From the NCBI GenBank assembly GCA_019058275.1, contig JAHLVW010000015.1, forward strand, positions 1-64,000: a stretch of DNA of 64,000 bases, written 5' to 3'. Shown in pieces: positions 37,127 through 47,309 of this stretch (position 1 is its first letter; each line of letters starts with the position of its first letter). This DNA comes from Candidatus Heimdallarchaeota archaeon. GTDB lineage: Archaea > Asgardarchaeota > Heimdallarchaeia > JABLTI01. Under the pieces are notes generated by a model that did no database searches, was not told where the DNA came from, and saw only the letters and a program-made list of their open reading frames with translations. The position numbers were made by a program, and so were the translations under genes.

Positions 37127-40100
37127 TTAACTCGTTTGACCCTCTAATTCAGCTATTGTTTTAAACGAACGCATAATGTGTTTTCTTATTGCTTTAACTG
37201 TTTTTACACCTAAACCCTTCACTGAAGATGTTTTAGCAATTTTAGCACTATGAAATTGCTTTACTGTATAAATACCTATAGAGTTGAGATCTTCTTTAAT
37301 TGCATGTGTAATATGAGGTAAAACTTCAACAGATAACATCTTTCTTATTTCAATGATATCCTTCTCACTTATTCCTTTAATGTTAGCCAATCTTGCAATG
37401 TTCTTCCTAAAGATATCACTAACAGTTTTTACACCAACTTTAGCAAAACGCTCTTCAGTTGTTTTACCCATACCAGGTAATTTGCTAATTCTAAGAGCTG
37501 AAGATAGTAATCCTTTAGGTGGTCCTCTAACAGCTTTTTCAACTACTTCTGTATCTGATTTTGGTTTTTTAGTACCTAAGAATTCAGCTATGGATGTATC
37601 TTTAGGTATCTCAACTTTCTTGGTTTTTGTTGAAGGTTTTTTTGCATGGGCACCAAGTTTCTCTTGAACTGGTTTTGGCTTAGCTTTTGGTGCTGGTTTC
37701 TTAGTTGTCTTCCGTTTTGGAACAGTTAGAGAACCAGGTGTCATCAATAATTTTTCTTCAATATCAAGCTTTAATTTTGTAATTGTAGGTGATCTTAATC
37801 CTCTTATGTTTGTAAGACTATCATCTTCCGCTTCCAAAAATTGACCGACTGTAAAAATTTCCATAAGGTTAAGATCCCTTTTGCCCTCAAAATTAATTCG
37901 TGGAAGAACAATTACATCAGTATTTGCTCTATTTGTAGATATTGTTTTTGCACCTAATCCCTTAATCTTTAACAAACGGTTGTTGGCAACCATGTAGAAT
38001 TTACCTACTGATTCAATGCCCTTGTCTTGCAATCTTTGGGCCATGGTTTTTCCAACACCTTCAAGTTCAGTTAGTGGTGCATCTACATCTAAGAATCCAG
38101 GTGGAGGTGAAGGTACTTTTACTTTGGTAGGTCTAATAATTTCATCTTCTTCTGAAATTTCTTCAACACTTTCTTCACTCATAGCTTTTCTTAATTCTTC
38201 AATATCTAAATCTAGGTTTAATTTAATTAAAGAAATGAGAGACGAAACCCTATCAGTAGAAAGACCATGAATATTTGAAAGTAATTTGTCATCTGCTTCT
38301 AAGAAATCTAAAACGCTATAGATTTTCTTTTCATGTAATGCAGCAATGGATTTCACTGTTACATTAGGCATAACATCAACATTGCATTTTGATTTGAGTT
38401 CAGTAATAACACCTAAAACGAGATTGCTTTGTGTTAGATCTAGATTTGATGTTAAGAAGAACTCTTTGACATTCCTAATACCACGCATTCTTAATGCTTT
38501 TTGTGTTGCTGGGCCAACACCTGGTAAAACTGAAACATTATCAATTGCATTATATAGATTCATTCCATCAATAATACCTCTTTCTTTAGCAAATTCGTCT
38601 AAAGCTTTTGCACTAGCGGATTCTACCAATTCATCTTTAGCTAGTTCAGGTAGTTCAAGGATTGCTCTTAGAATTTGTTCAGCTTGATCTGAAGCTTCTT
38701 CCGACATTCCTAACGAAATCAATTCTTGCGTTTGATCTTCATCAAGTAAAACTAAATCTTGAAGGGTTTGGATATCATATCGTTCTAGATTAACACCTTC
38801 TATCGAATCCATTGGTAAAGCTTCTACAGGAATTGGGTTCTTTGGTAAAAAGATTGATCCTTCTCGTTGTCTTAAACAATTAGAGAATTGTGTTGAACTG
38901 AAAAGAAACTGAAAATCTTCTTCTACCATTTTCCCTATCATAAGTCCTACAATTGAAGTAGCAGTAGGAGCATATTTCTCAAATATTTGCATTCTTTTGG
39001 CTGCTTGTTCTCTTTTCTTCAAAGCTCTTTGAAACTTCATTAGTTTCCTTCCAGCTTTTTGCAAGCAAAGCCTTAGCTCTTTTCTGATCTCATCTACTTC
39101 TGCAATGTACTCTTTGCTAGTTTCTGGGAATGGTATTTTTGTACTTACCAATGATACCGCAAAAATCAATGGATCGTTATTTAAATTCGTTTTATAATTT
39201 GACCAATTGATGCTTTCAATTGTTTTCTTAATTAAGTCATTACCTTCACCAAAAAGTAAAGGTATTCTATTAGCAAACCTAACTAGCTTGTAAGGTGGTG
39301 AAATTTCTTCTCCGCCATATCCAATAGCAACTTCAACTTGAAAAGCATGTCCACTATAACTTGATGGAGGTCTACCTTCTGAACATGTAAACTCGGGCTT
39401 ATATACATCGTTCAATCCAGCTTCTAAATTAGAATGACCAAGAGGTGACAAGCATTTTCCATCTGGTGGGAAAAATCTTGCTTTAGTGAATCCTTCATGA
39501 ATTAGTCTTCTTAATTCCATTTCATCTAATTTCTTTGGATTCTTTGAGACTGATATTTTAGAGATTCTAAGGACTTCAGAGGCAGTTTTTTCTCCTATTC
39601 TTTGGAAGTGGGTTTTAAGGAAATCCTTCATGGTTGTACATCTAGTTCTAGAGATTTCACTTTTCAATTGATTTATATCAGTACCTATTGGATGTAAAGG
39701 AACTTCAATAGGTGGATCGGGTATTACATCAACTGTACGTGAATGAATAATAGGTTCTTCAAGATTATCGGGAGTAATAATACTAAAGGAAGCATAAGGT
39801 GTGACTACAGCCATTTCCTCGAAATACTCGAAAACGTATCTTTTGGATCTACTCCACGTGCCAGCAAAACAAACTGATACTTCTGTTCCATGTCCTTTTA
39901 ATTGATCCTTTGATTTTCCAGTATATTTCTTTTCTTCCACAATTTCTGGAGCATTTTTGACAATATCGATAAATAATTTATAATGACTTGTAGTTTCTGC
40001 TGGTTTCTTCTTGGAAAGAGCTAAACGTGATTTAATTTCAAATGGTACTCTAATAGTAGATTGAGAGTAGATTAAGACCATTTTTGCACCTAATCCAAAT

Positions 40101-40474
40101 CTTCCGCGTGATTGTCGTTCACCATAATTTGAACCTGTTAAAACTCTGCCAAAAAGTTTGGGAATATCAGCATGACGAATACCTATTCCGTTATCACGAA
40201 CTGAGAGTCTAATAAACTCACTAGTTGCGTCTTCATCTACTTGATAATCATCTAAACCCATTAAATCGCCAATCTCTTCTGGAGGCATTAGCTCAATCTT
40301 AATTTCAATATCAGGTAAAATGCTACCCTTTTCTGCAGCATCGAGTGCATTCTCAACTAGTTCTCGAATACTAGTATAGGTAGATCTAGTAGGATTGTCA
40401 AAACCAGCTATCGCTTTATTAGCTTCAAAGAATTCTGCAGCAGACCGTTCTATTATTTTCTCACGCGCAATCAT
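37127..40474 (-). CDS. top6B: DNA topoisomerase VI subunit B with long C-terminal HhH-repeat extension
   Basis: SAAEFF, RELVENALDA, DNGIG, SRGRFGLG, RFANRIPLL and KIPFPETSKE; ~600 extra C-terminal aa. Confidence 0.95.
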   Translation of the reverse strand: MIAREKIIERSAAEFFEANKAIAGFDNPTRSTYTSIRELVENALDAAEKGSILPDIEIKIELMPPEEIGDLMGLDDYQVDEDATSEFIRLSVRDNGIGIRHADIPKLFGRVLTGSNYGERQSRGRFGLGAKMVLIYSQSTIRVPFEIKSRLALSKKKPAETTSHYKLFIDIVKNAPEIVEEKKYTGKSKDQLKGHGTEVSVCFAGTWSRSKRYVFEYFEEMAVVTPYASFSIITPDNLEEPIIHSRTVDVIPDPPIEVPLHPIGTDINQLKSEISRTRCTTMKDFLKTHFQRIGEKTASEVLRISKISVSKNPKKLDEMELRRLIHEGFTKARFFPPDGKCLSPLGHSNLEAGLNDVYKPEFTCSEGRPPSSYSGHAFQVEVAIGYGGEEISPPYKLVRFANRIPLLFGEGNDLIKKTIESINWSNYKTNLNNDPLIFAVSLVSTKIPFPETSKEYIAEVDEIRKELRLCLQKAGRKLMKFQRALKKREQAAKRMQIFEKYAPTATSIVGLMIGKMVEEDFQFLFSSTQFSNCLRQREGSIFLPKNPIPVEALPMDSIEGVNLERYDIQTLQDLVLLDEDQTQELISLGMSEEASDQAEQILRAILELPELAKDELVESASAKALDEFAKERGIIDGMNLYNAIDNVSVLPGVGPATQKALRMRGIRNVKEFFLTSNLDLTQSNLVLGVITELKSKCNVDVMPNVTVKSIAALHEKKIYSVLDFLEADDKLLSNIHGLSTDRVSSLISLIKLNLDLDIEELRKAMSEESVEEISEEDEIIRPTKVKVPSPPPGFLDVDAPLTELEGVGKTMAQRLQDKGIESVGKFYMVANNRLLKIKGLGAKTISTNRANTDVIVLPRINFEGKRDLNLMEIFTVGQFLEAEDDSLTNIRGLRSPTITKLKLDIEEKLLMTPGSLTVPKRKTTKKPAPKAKPKPVQEKLGAHAKKPSTKTKKVEIPKDTSIAEFLGTKKPKSDTEVVEKAVRGPPKGLLSSALRISKLPGMGKTTEERFAKVGVKTVSDIFRKNIARLANIKGISEKDIIEIRKMLSVEVLPHITHAIKEDLNSIGIYTVKQFHSAKIAKTSSVKGLGVKTVKAIRKHIMRSFKTIAELEGQTS

Positions 40475-40510
40475 TTTATCTACCTACTAGCCACCTCAAT
40501 GTGTATAAGA

Positions 40511-40522
40511 AAGGACGTCCTT
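40511..40522. promoter_or_regulatory. perfect 12-bp palindrome upstream of top6B
   Basis: aaggacgtcctt. Confidence 0.3.
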
Positions 40523-40740
40523 CTATGTCTTTCTCTCTAATATCCGAAACCCGTTCAACATGTTAATTTGTTGTTCTAGTATATAACCAATAGATTATGA
40601 ATTTTTTAAATTGAACATTGCTTTGAATTATTATTCTTTACTAATACTTGTCTAACATTCAATTTCCTTTAGGTTCTTTAATACTTTATCTTTCTAGCAA
40701 ATTTAAACTTACATGCTTTTTTAATTTACGGTATAGAACA

Positions 40741-42057
40741 TCAGGGTTTGAGGATATCTACTGTTCGTGGGAACATTATTGCTTGTTTTATATTGTCTAA
40801 ATTGCAAATCCAAAATACTAATCGCTCAATTCCTAAACCATAACCTGCATGTGGCGGCATTCCATATTTGAAAAGATTAAGGTACCATTGATAACCTTCA
40901 AGACTGAAACCTTGATTTTTTATTACCTCAACCATCTTATCATATTCATGAACTCTTTGACCGCCAGTACAAAGTTCAGCAAAACCTCCTGGGGCCATTA
41001 AATCAAAACTATTGGATATTTTGGGATCTTCATCATTTACTCGATAGTAGATACCACGAGTATGAATGGGCCAGTCGGTAATAAAGAATGGTGCTTTGAA
41101 ATGGTGTGACATAGCAGTTTCTTCTGGTGAAGTAAAGTCTTTATCAAAATCAACTGGATCTTCAAGCTCAAAACTTGAGCAAAGTTCCTTAGCTTCTTTG
41201 AAAGTTATTCTAGGAAGGCCGGCTTTTAATTTCTTAGGTTTTGCATCTAATTTTGCTAGGGGGTCTTTTGCACACTTTATTGTAGTATTTACAACATAAA
41301 CTAGCATGTCTTCTAGAATTTGCATCATACTTATGTGATCATGAAAGGCAGCTTCAACTTCAATTTGCCAGAATTCTGCCACATGTTTTCTAGTTCGTGA
41401 TTTTTCCATTCGAAATGAAGGGATAAGACCAAAAACTTTCTCATGTGCAGTAATTGCTGCTTGTTTGTAAAATTGCGCACTTTGTGCAAGAAAAGCATCT
41501 TGTTCAAAGTATTTAATAGGAAACATTGTTGCTCCACCTTCCGTAGCTGTTGCTACAATTAAGGGAGAAAACAATTCAGTATAACCTCGTTTTAAGAAAA
41601 ATTCTCTGGTTGCTTGAGCTACATGAGATTTTACTTCAAAAGGTAGTTTATTCTTTGGTATTCTAATTGTCAATTCTCTTTGTGTAAAAACAGTACCATC
41701 ATCCATATGTGTTCGACCAGTGATATCCACAGGAATTGGTCCATGAACGGGATTGAGTATTGTCAATTTCTCTGGTAAAACCTCTACTCCGCTTGGAGCT
41801 TGTTCATTCTTTTTTATTACCCCTTCAATCCAAACAATTGTTTCATTCTTTAAACCAATTAGGTTATTCCATAACTCTTCTGGGAGTTTTGTTTTAATGC
41901 CAGTGATTTGTATCTTATCTGTGGAATCTCTAACAGTAAGAAAACATATCTTACCTTTATGCACTAGGTGCTCAGCCCACCCACCTATGTAAGCCTTTGA
42001 ATTATCAGTCATCTTTTTAACTTTTTCAATAGGAATTTTTGAAGAATAATCCACCAT
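40741..42057 (-). CDS. asnS: asparagine--tRNA ligase (class IIb)
   Basis: OB-fold N-terminus, TEGGATMF, motif 2 FRMEKSRTRKHVAEFWQIEVE and motif 3 PHAGYGLGIERL; motif 2 looks Asn-type rather than Asp-type. Confidence 0.8.
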   Translation of the reverse strand: MVDYSSKIPIEKVKKMTDNSKAYIGGWAEHLVHKGKICFLTVRDSTDKIQITGIKTKLPEELWNNLIGLKNETIVWIEGVIKKNEQAPSGVEVLPEKLTILNPVHGPIPVDITGRTHMDDGTVFTQRELTIRIPKNKLPFEVKSHVAQATREFFLKRGYTELFSPLIVATATEGGATMFPIKYFEQDAFLAQSAQFYKQAAITAHEKVFGLIPSFRMEKSRTRKHVAEFWQIEVEAAFHDHISMMQILEDMLVYVVNTTIKCAKDPLAKLDAKPKKLKAGLPRITFKEAKELCSSFELEDPVDFDKDFTSPEETAMSHHFKAPFFITDWPIHTRGIYYRVNDEDPKISNSFDLMAPGGFAELCTGGQRVHEYDKMVEVIKNQGFSLEGYQWYLNLFKYGMPPHAGYGLGIERLVFWICNLDNIKQAIMFPRTVDILKP

Positions 42058-42296
42058 ATTTAATCAACTCGATATTTAAGGATAGTATTGTCTCTTGACT
42101 CGAACATACTATTCTTGTTTAAAAGGTTTTTTTCTTAATATGAAATGATTTCATTTATAATTCATTTCGATAAAAAGTTGATTCTACTGAAAAGCAAATT
42201 TGATTAAGCAATAAATTTCCAAATAAATGTACATTAAACGAAAAGGAATCAATGCATCCTTTGCAGATAAAACCACTTGTAGTTGGAAGAGTTATC

Positions 42297-42707
42297 TCAA
42301 TCTTTGATTTTTCTTAATGCATCTGCAGCCCATGATCTAACTCTAATGTCATCGTCTTCCAAAGCAATTTTAGTTAATCCAGGTACAGCATTATCTGAAC
42401 CAATATTACCTAATGCAACTGCTGCTTCTAATCGGACACCAACTATTCGATCTGTTTCAATTGTTTCCAATAAGGTCGCAACTGCTTTTTGAGCTTCTTC
42501 ACCTAGATCACCTAAAGCTGCAGCTGCTGATGAACGAACTAATGAATCTCGATCTTCTTTTAGAAGCCTAGCAAGTTCCTCTACAGCTTCTTTAGCTTTT
42601 ATTTCACCTAAACGTGATGCAGCTCGTGATCTCACCAAGCCGTCTCTGTTTTTTAAATTTCTAAGAAGTTGACTAAGCTGCTTCTCATCATAACTCAATA
42701 TTCTCAA
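42297..42707 (-). CDS. HEAT-repeat (PBS lyase-like) protein
   Basis: Repeated D..VR..AA.ALG.IG units. Confidence 0.88.
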   Translation of the reverse strand: MRILSYDEKQLSQLLRNLKNRDGLVRSRAASRLGEIKAKEAVEELARLLKEDRDSLVRSSAAAALGDLGEEAQKAVATLLETIETDRIVGVRLEAAVALGNIGSDNAVPGLTKIALEDDDIRVRSWAADALRKIKD

Positions 42708-42905
42708 ACCCTCAGCTAACTATGATAAATATAGTAATAGATTTACTTAAAGAAAAATGTTGTCAGAAGAATTTATATGCCATCGACAAAAATTATCGTG
42801 AAATTCATCTAACTTTAGAAAAAACATCATCAGGTTTGCTATTTGTTTAGTAATGTAAGCTCACTAGAAAAAATAATCATAATATTAAAGAAGAATGAAA
42901 AATGA

Positions 42906-43427
42906 ATGAACAATATGAAAATCTTCGCGATAATTGGATACACAAATTCTGGAAAAACAAAAACAGTAGTTGAAATAATCAAAGAGCTTATTAGAAGAGG
43001 AAAAACAGTAAACACTGTAAAAGCTATTCATATCGAAGGATTTAGCGTTGATACTGAGGGGAAAGATTCATGGAGACATCAGCAAGCTGGCGCAAAAGTA
43101 ACTGCTATAAGATCTGATGTTGAAACTGCTTTGCTTTTTCAAAAGTCCATGAGCGCTAAAGAACTCATTCCATTTTTTAACGCTGATTATCTTATATTTG
43201 AAGGTTTCACAAAAGAGAAAGATGTCCCAAAAATCCTATGTTCTACTAGTTTAGAGGATATTGATGAAAGGTTTAATCAAACTGTTTTTGCAATTTCAGG
43301 TGTGATTAGTAAGACATTAAAGGAATTCAAAAATGTCAAGGTTATTAATGGATTAACTTCAACTAAAGAATTAGTAGATTTAATTGAAAAAAGATCAATT
43401 AAAGCACAAAAATTACTAGATCTTTAA
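42906..43427 (+). CDS. mobB: molybdopterin-guanine dinucleotide biosynthesis protein B
   Basis: GYTNSGKT, DTEGKDSWRHQQAGA and IFEGF. Confidence 0.88.
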   Translation: MNNMKIFAIIGYTNSGKTKTVVEIIKELIRRGKTVNTVKAIHIEGFSVDTEGKDSWRHQQAGAKVTAIRSDVETALLFQKSMSAKELIPFFNADYLIFEGFTKEKDVPKILCSTSLEDIDERFNQTVFAISGVISKTLKEFKNVKVINGLTSTKELVDLIEKRSIKAQKLLDL

Positions 43428-44237
43428 ACTTTCTTTATAGAAATTTAACAAATCATCTTTTTTTAATATTTCATTAGGTAAACCATATTTCTTTAGTGAT
43501 TTTAACATAGACAAATAATCAGTTTGTATTAATCCAATTTCCTTCAGATGTTCACTGTTTTGGAAAAATTGTACAATTGACACATTGTAAGCAACTTTCC
43601 CTTCTTTAAGTGCAATTATTTTATCAGTTGTTTCAAGAATTAAATCCAAATTATGTGAAACTAAAATTATTAACTTACCTTGTTTTTTCAATTCGTTGAG
43701 ATATTTTACAATCAATAATCTTTGAGTCATATCTATGCCAGAGAATGGCTCGTCTAAAATTATTGCTTGTGGTTCTTGCACAAGAACTGTAGCTAAAGCA
43801 AGTTTTTGTTTTTCACCTCTGCTTAAATTACGAGGATGCATTGTTCTTAACTCATCCATATCAAAGAAGTCTAGAATTTTGTTTACTTGAGATTGTTTCA
43901 CCTCTTTGGATAATTCAAATCTCATTAGACTTAATTCTAATTCCTTTTCAACAGTATTAGTAAAAAGCATTTGATTTGGGTTTTGAAAAACAAAACCAAC
44001 TTTAGTAGCTACATCAGCAATTGATTTATTCTTAATTGATGAACCTTCAATTGATATAGTTCCCTTTTGGGGTTTCAGCATTCCTATTAGTAGTTTAACA
44101 AGAGTTGTTTTTCCTGCACCATTTCTTCCTATTATTCCTACCTGTTCTCCTAGATTGAATGTTAATGAAATATTATCGAATAATGCTTTTCCTTTTCGAT
44201 AATAAAATGACAAGTTTGATAGCTCGATGTAACTCAT
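43416..44237 (-). CDS. ECF transporter ATPase subunit
   Basis: GRNGAGKTT, FQNPNQMLF, LSRGEKQ and LDEP. Confidence 0.88.
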   Translation of the reverse strand: MSYIELSNLSFYYRKGKALFDNISLTFNLGEQVGIIGRNGAGKTTLVKLLIGMLKPQKGTISIEGSSIKNKSIADVATKVGFVFQNPNQMLFTNTVEKELELSLMRFELSKEVKQSQVNKILDFFDMDELRTMHPRNLSRGEKQKLALATVLVQEPQAIILDEPFSGIDMTQRLLIVKYLNELKKQGKLIILVSHNLDLILETTDKIIALKEGKVAYNVSIVQFFQNSEHLKEIGLIQTDYLSMLKSLKKYGLPNEILKKDDLLNFYKESLKI

Positions 44238-45073
44238 TTCAACCAGCTCGTAAGAATTTTAATAGCTTCATCATAAGTAGTTGGGATTTTATCTAAAGAA
44301 AAAGCATTTACTTTGAATTCATGAAAAAGGGATGTAAGAGTTGGTGGAACTAAACCATTCCGTTTCAATAATTCAACATCAGTTAGTACTTCAGTTGGCA
44401 AACCATTTGCCATTATCTTTCCATGATTTACTAATATTACTCGATCAACTAGTTTTGAAATGAAGTCCAGATCATGATCTATTAGTATGATTGTCTTTTC
44501 CTCTTTCACTTTTAGATCCTTTAGAATCTTAATGAGTTCTTTCTTACTTGTTGAATCAATCATACTTGTGCTTTCATCAAGAACCAAAATATCTGGTTTC
44601 ATTGCTAGTATTGAAGCCAATATTACTCTTTGTTTTTCACCTTCACTCAAGTTAGAAGTTGATCTTTCACGTAAATGACTTATTCCAAGTTTTTCTAAAT
44701 AGGCAGTTATTCTATTTTCCATTTCTTCGACAGGTACCCCAAGATTTTCCATACCAAAAGCAATTTCTGATTCTACATAAGCTGAAGCAATCTGGAAACT
44801 TGGTTCTTGTAACATATAGCCTATTGTCTCACTCATTTGTTCAACAGGAATTTGGGTAGCATCCTTTCCATCAACAATGACTGATCCTTGAAATGATCCT
44901 TTAAAATGATGAGGTATTAAACCATTAAACAAATAACAGATAGTACTTTTTCCTGAACCAGTAGAACCAATTATTCCTACAATCTCTCCTTTTGAAATAT
45001 TTAATGAAAAATCTTCTAAGATATGTGTAGGGAAATTTAGATACTTAAAATAGACATCTTTTATTTCTATCAT
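44234..45073 (-). CDS. ECF transporter ATPase subunit
   Basis: GSTGSGKST, NGLIPH, EIAFGMENLG, LSEGEKQR and LDES. Confidence 0.88.
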   Translation of the reverse strand: MIEIKDVYFKYLNFPTHILEDFSLNISKGEIVGIIGSTGSGKSTICYLFNGLIPHHFKGSFQGSVIVDGKDATQIPVEQMSETIGYMLQEPSFQIASAYVESEIAFGMENLGVPVEEMENRITAYLEKLGISHLRERSTSNLSEGEKQRVILASILAMKPDILVLDESTSMIDSTSKKELIKILKDLKVKEEKTIILIDHDLDFISKLVDRVILVNHGKIMANGLPTEVLTDVELLKRNGLVPPTLTSLFHEFKVNAFSLDKIPTTYDEAIKILTSWLK

Positions 45074-45134
45074 TAAGGTTCATCCAATTTTTAACGATAG
45101 CGTTTAAAAAAATTGTTAGAAGGTAGATTCAAAA

Positions 45135-46316
45135 TTATGAATCCTTTTCCTTCATTTGTATGCAAATTTTTTCTGCCAAAACTGTGTAAACTTTTGCAGC
45201 CTTAATAATCTGGTCCATTGGAATGTGTTCTAAAGATGTATGAGCAAATTTCTCATCACCAGGACCAAAACCAACAACTGGTATGTTAACGTCAAAAATT
45301 TCAGAAATATTAACACCACTCATCCATTGACTAATTTTCGCACCTTTCCCAATTGCTAGATCCTTTGCTGCTTCAATTACAGAAATAATTTCTGATTTGG
45401 AATTTACATCTAATGGTTCAAAGGCACGCTTCAGATTTATAGCTACATCTTGCTCTTTGAAATTATTCTTTTTCAGAATTTCAATAAAGCTATTTTTGAT
45501 TTCATCAGGATTTTCACCTTTGAAAAATTGTCTTACAAGCAAAGCATTGCATTGATTTGGGATGGAGTGAGATTCACCAATAGGAGTAGAAGAAACTGAG
45601 CTAATTATCATATTGGCTTTTCCAAATCGCTTATCCTCTGGTAGAACTACATTTTGTTGCAAACAATCAATGATTTTGTTCATCTTCAGAATGGCATTTT
45701 CGCCATGTTTTGGATTACCAATATTAGCCATTTTTCCAGTAGCTACAAGTTCATACGTTGCTTGTCCTGGATGAGCAGTATTTATTTGGAGATTCGTTGG
45801 TGCACATGAAACTATGAAATGTGGTTCGATTTCAAATTTCTTTAACAAATTTTTCAAACCAGTTGAATTGCCATTTTTTGTACTTGCTAAACCTACAACG
45901 ACAAAATTTCCTTTTAATCTTGCACGAGCTCTTTTTAAAGCACTACCAGCACTTATCATCGCTGCAAGTGCCCCTTTCATATCACATGAACCTCGTCCTG
46001 TTATGACTTTCCCTCTTGTTCCGAATTTTGACCCATCAACTTCTTGCGGATCAAAAGCACCAACCATTTCACCAGGTGGAACAGTATCTATATGACCAAC
46101 AAGTACAAGTGTTTTGCCTTTGCCAATTCCAGGCATAACTCCAACTATGTTATTGTGCTCATCATATTGAACAAGATTGAAACCTGCTTTTTTCATTTCA
46201 ATGGCCATAAGAGTTGCGAGCTTTTTCTCATTTCCACTTGGACTTTGGTTTTTTATCAAACGTTTAGCTAAATCGGTTACTACCCGACCATCCACATACT
46301 CCAATGATTTGGACAT
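45135..46316 (-). CDS. M20/ArgE/DapE-family (YgeY-like) metallohydrolase, degenerate active site
   Basis: GHIDTV, GRGSCDMKG and GFGPG..AH present; expected EE and EP motifs replaced. Confidence 0.8.
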   Translation of the reverse strand: MSKSLEYVDGRVVTDLAKRLIKNQSPSGNEKKLATLMAIEMKKAGFNLVQYDEHNNIVGVMPGIGKGKTLVLVGHIDTVPPGEMVGAFDPQEVDGSKFGTRGKVITGRGSCDMKGALAAMISAGSALKRARARLKGNFVVVGLASTKNGNSTGLKNLLKKFEIEPHFIVSCAPTNLQINTAHPGQATYELVATGKMANIGNPKHGENAILKMNKIIDCLQQNVVLPEDKRFGKANMIISSVSSTPIGESHSIPNQCNALLVRQFFKGENPDEIKNSFIEILKKNNFKEQDVAINLKRAFEPLDVNSKSEIISVIEAAKDLAIGKGAKISQWMSGVNISEIFDVNIPVVGFGPGDEKFAHTSLEHIPMDQIIKAAKVYTVLAEKICIQMKEKDS

Positions 46317-46435
46317 GACATTTTTCTCCAGTTTACATTAAATGAAAATTACCACTCACATTTTTCCTAGTAATTCTTCTCATCTATTAATATTAAATAT
46401 CTCTATGAAAAAAGTTTTTCAACAAATTAAGTTTT

Positions 46436-47164
46436 TTAATCTAAAGATAATGTTACTCGTTCTTTACCTTTACCCATACTGCGCCTTTTTATCACTTTAA
46501 TTTTACCAATTTCAGAGGTATTTGTTACATGTGTTCCTGCACAAGATGCGTGATCATAGTCATTCACAGATATTACTCTAAATGTCTTTACTGAGGGTGG
46601 AACCATTGCAATATAATCTGTTTGATATCCTTTCTCTTCTAAGAATTTAATTGCATCTTCACGAGGTAGAAAATTAATCTTCACAGGAAGATTCTTGTTA
46701 ATTACATCATTAACTCCTTTTTCTATTTGTTTAAGTTGTTCTTCAGTAAGAGCTTCTTGTAAATTAAAATCAGCTCTACCATTGCGAGTTGAGATATTAT
46801 TACCTACACATTCAGAGTTAAAATGTGATTTCATGTATGTGCTTAAGACATGTATTGCAGTGTGATAACGCATGTGTGTAAATCTACGGTCCCAATCAAG
46901 TGCACATTTTACTGATGTGCTGATTTCTGGTATTTGATCAATTTCAAATATGAAATGTTTTACTTCCCCAGATTCTCTTCGAACTTTAGAAACAGTTAGA
47001 ATTTTATCATTGTAAGATAATGTTCCGGTATCACATTCTTGTCCCCCACCTTCAGGATAGAATGCAGTCTGATTTAAAACTACATAATTTTCTCCTTTTG
47101 AGATAATTTTCGCATCAAAAGAACGAATGTAATTATCTTCCATGTATAACATAGTCGTTTGCAT
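46436..47164 (-). CDS. alaX: alanyl-tRNA editing protein AlaX-M
   Basis: TAFYPEGGGQ, HTAIH (HxxxH) and CAGTH (CxxxH). Confidence 0.92.
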   Translation of the reverse strand: MQTTMLYMEDNYIRSFDAKIISKGENYVVLNQTAFYPEGGGQECDTGTLSYNDKILTVSKVRRESGEVKHFIFEIDQIPEISTSVKCALDWDRRFTHMRYHTAIHVLSTYMKSHFNSECVGNNISTRNGRADFNLQEALTEEQLKQIEKGVNDVINKNLPVKINFLPREDAIKFLEEKGYQTDYIAMVPPSVKTFRVISVNDYDHASCAGTHVTNTSEIGKIKVIKRRSMGKGKERVTLSLD

Positions 47165-47309
47165 AGGCTCACAATCACGTTTTATTGTAGTTGATATACA
47201 TTAACAACAGAGTTCATAATTTTTACTCGTGTTTAAAAAATAATGTAAGAGCTTATCCTACATCACTGTTCTAAACTAATTCAGACTTCCACTATAATCT
47301 ATATTTTTA

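Noticed and set aside
43416-45073. ECF ATPases with no adjacent T or S component as a novel system
   Set aside because: Dispersed ECF modules are common; partners may lie elsewhere in the genome
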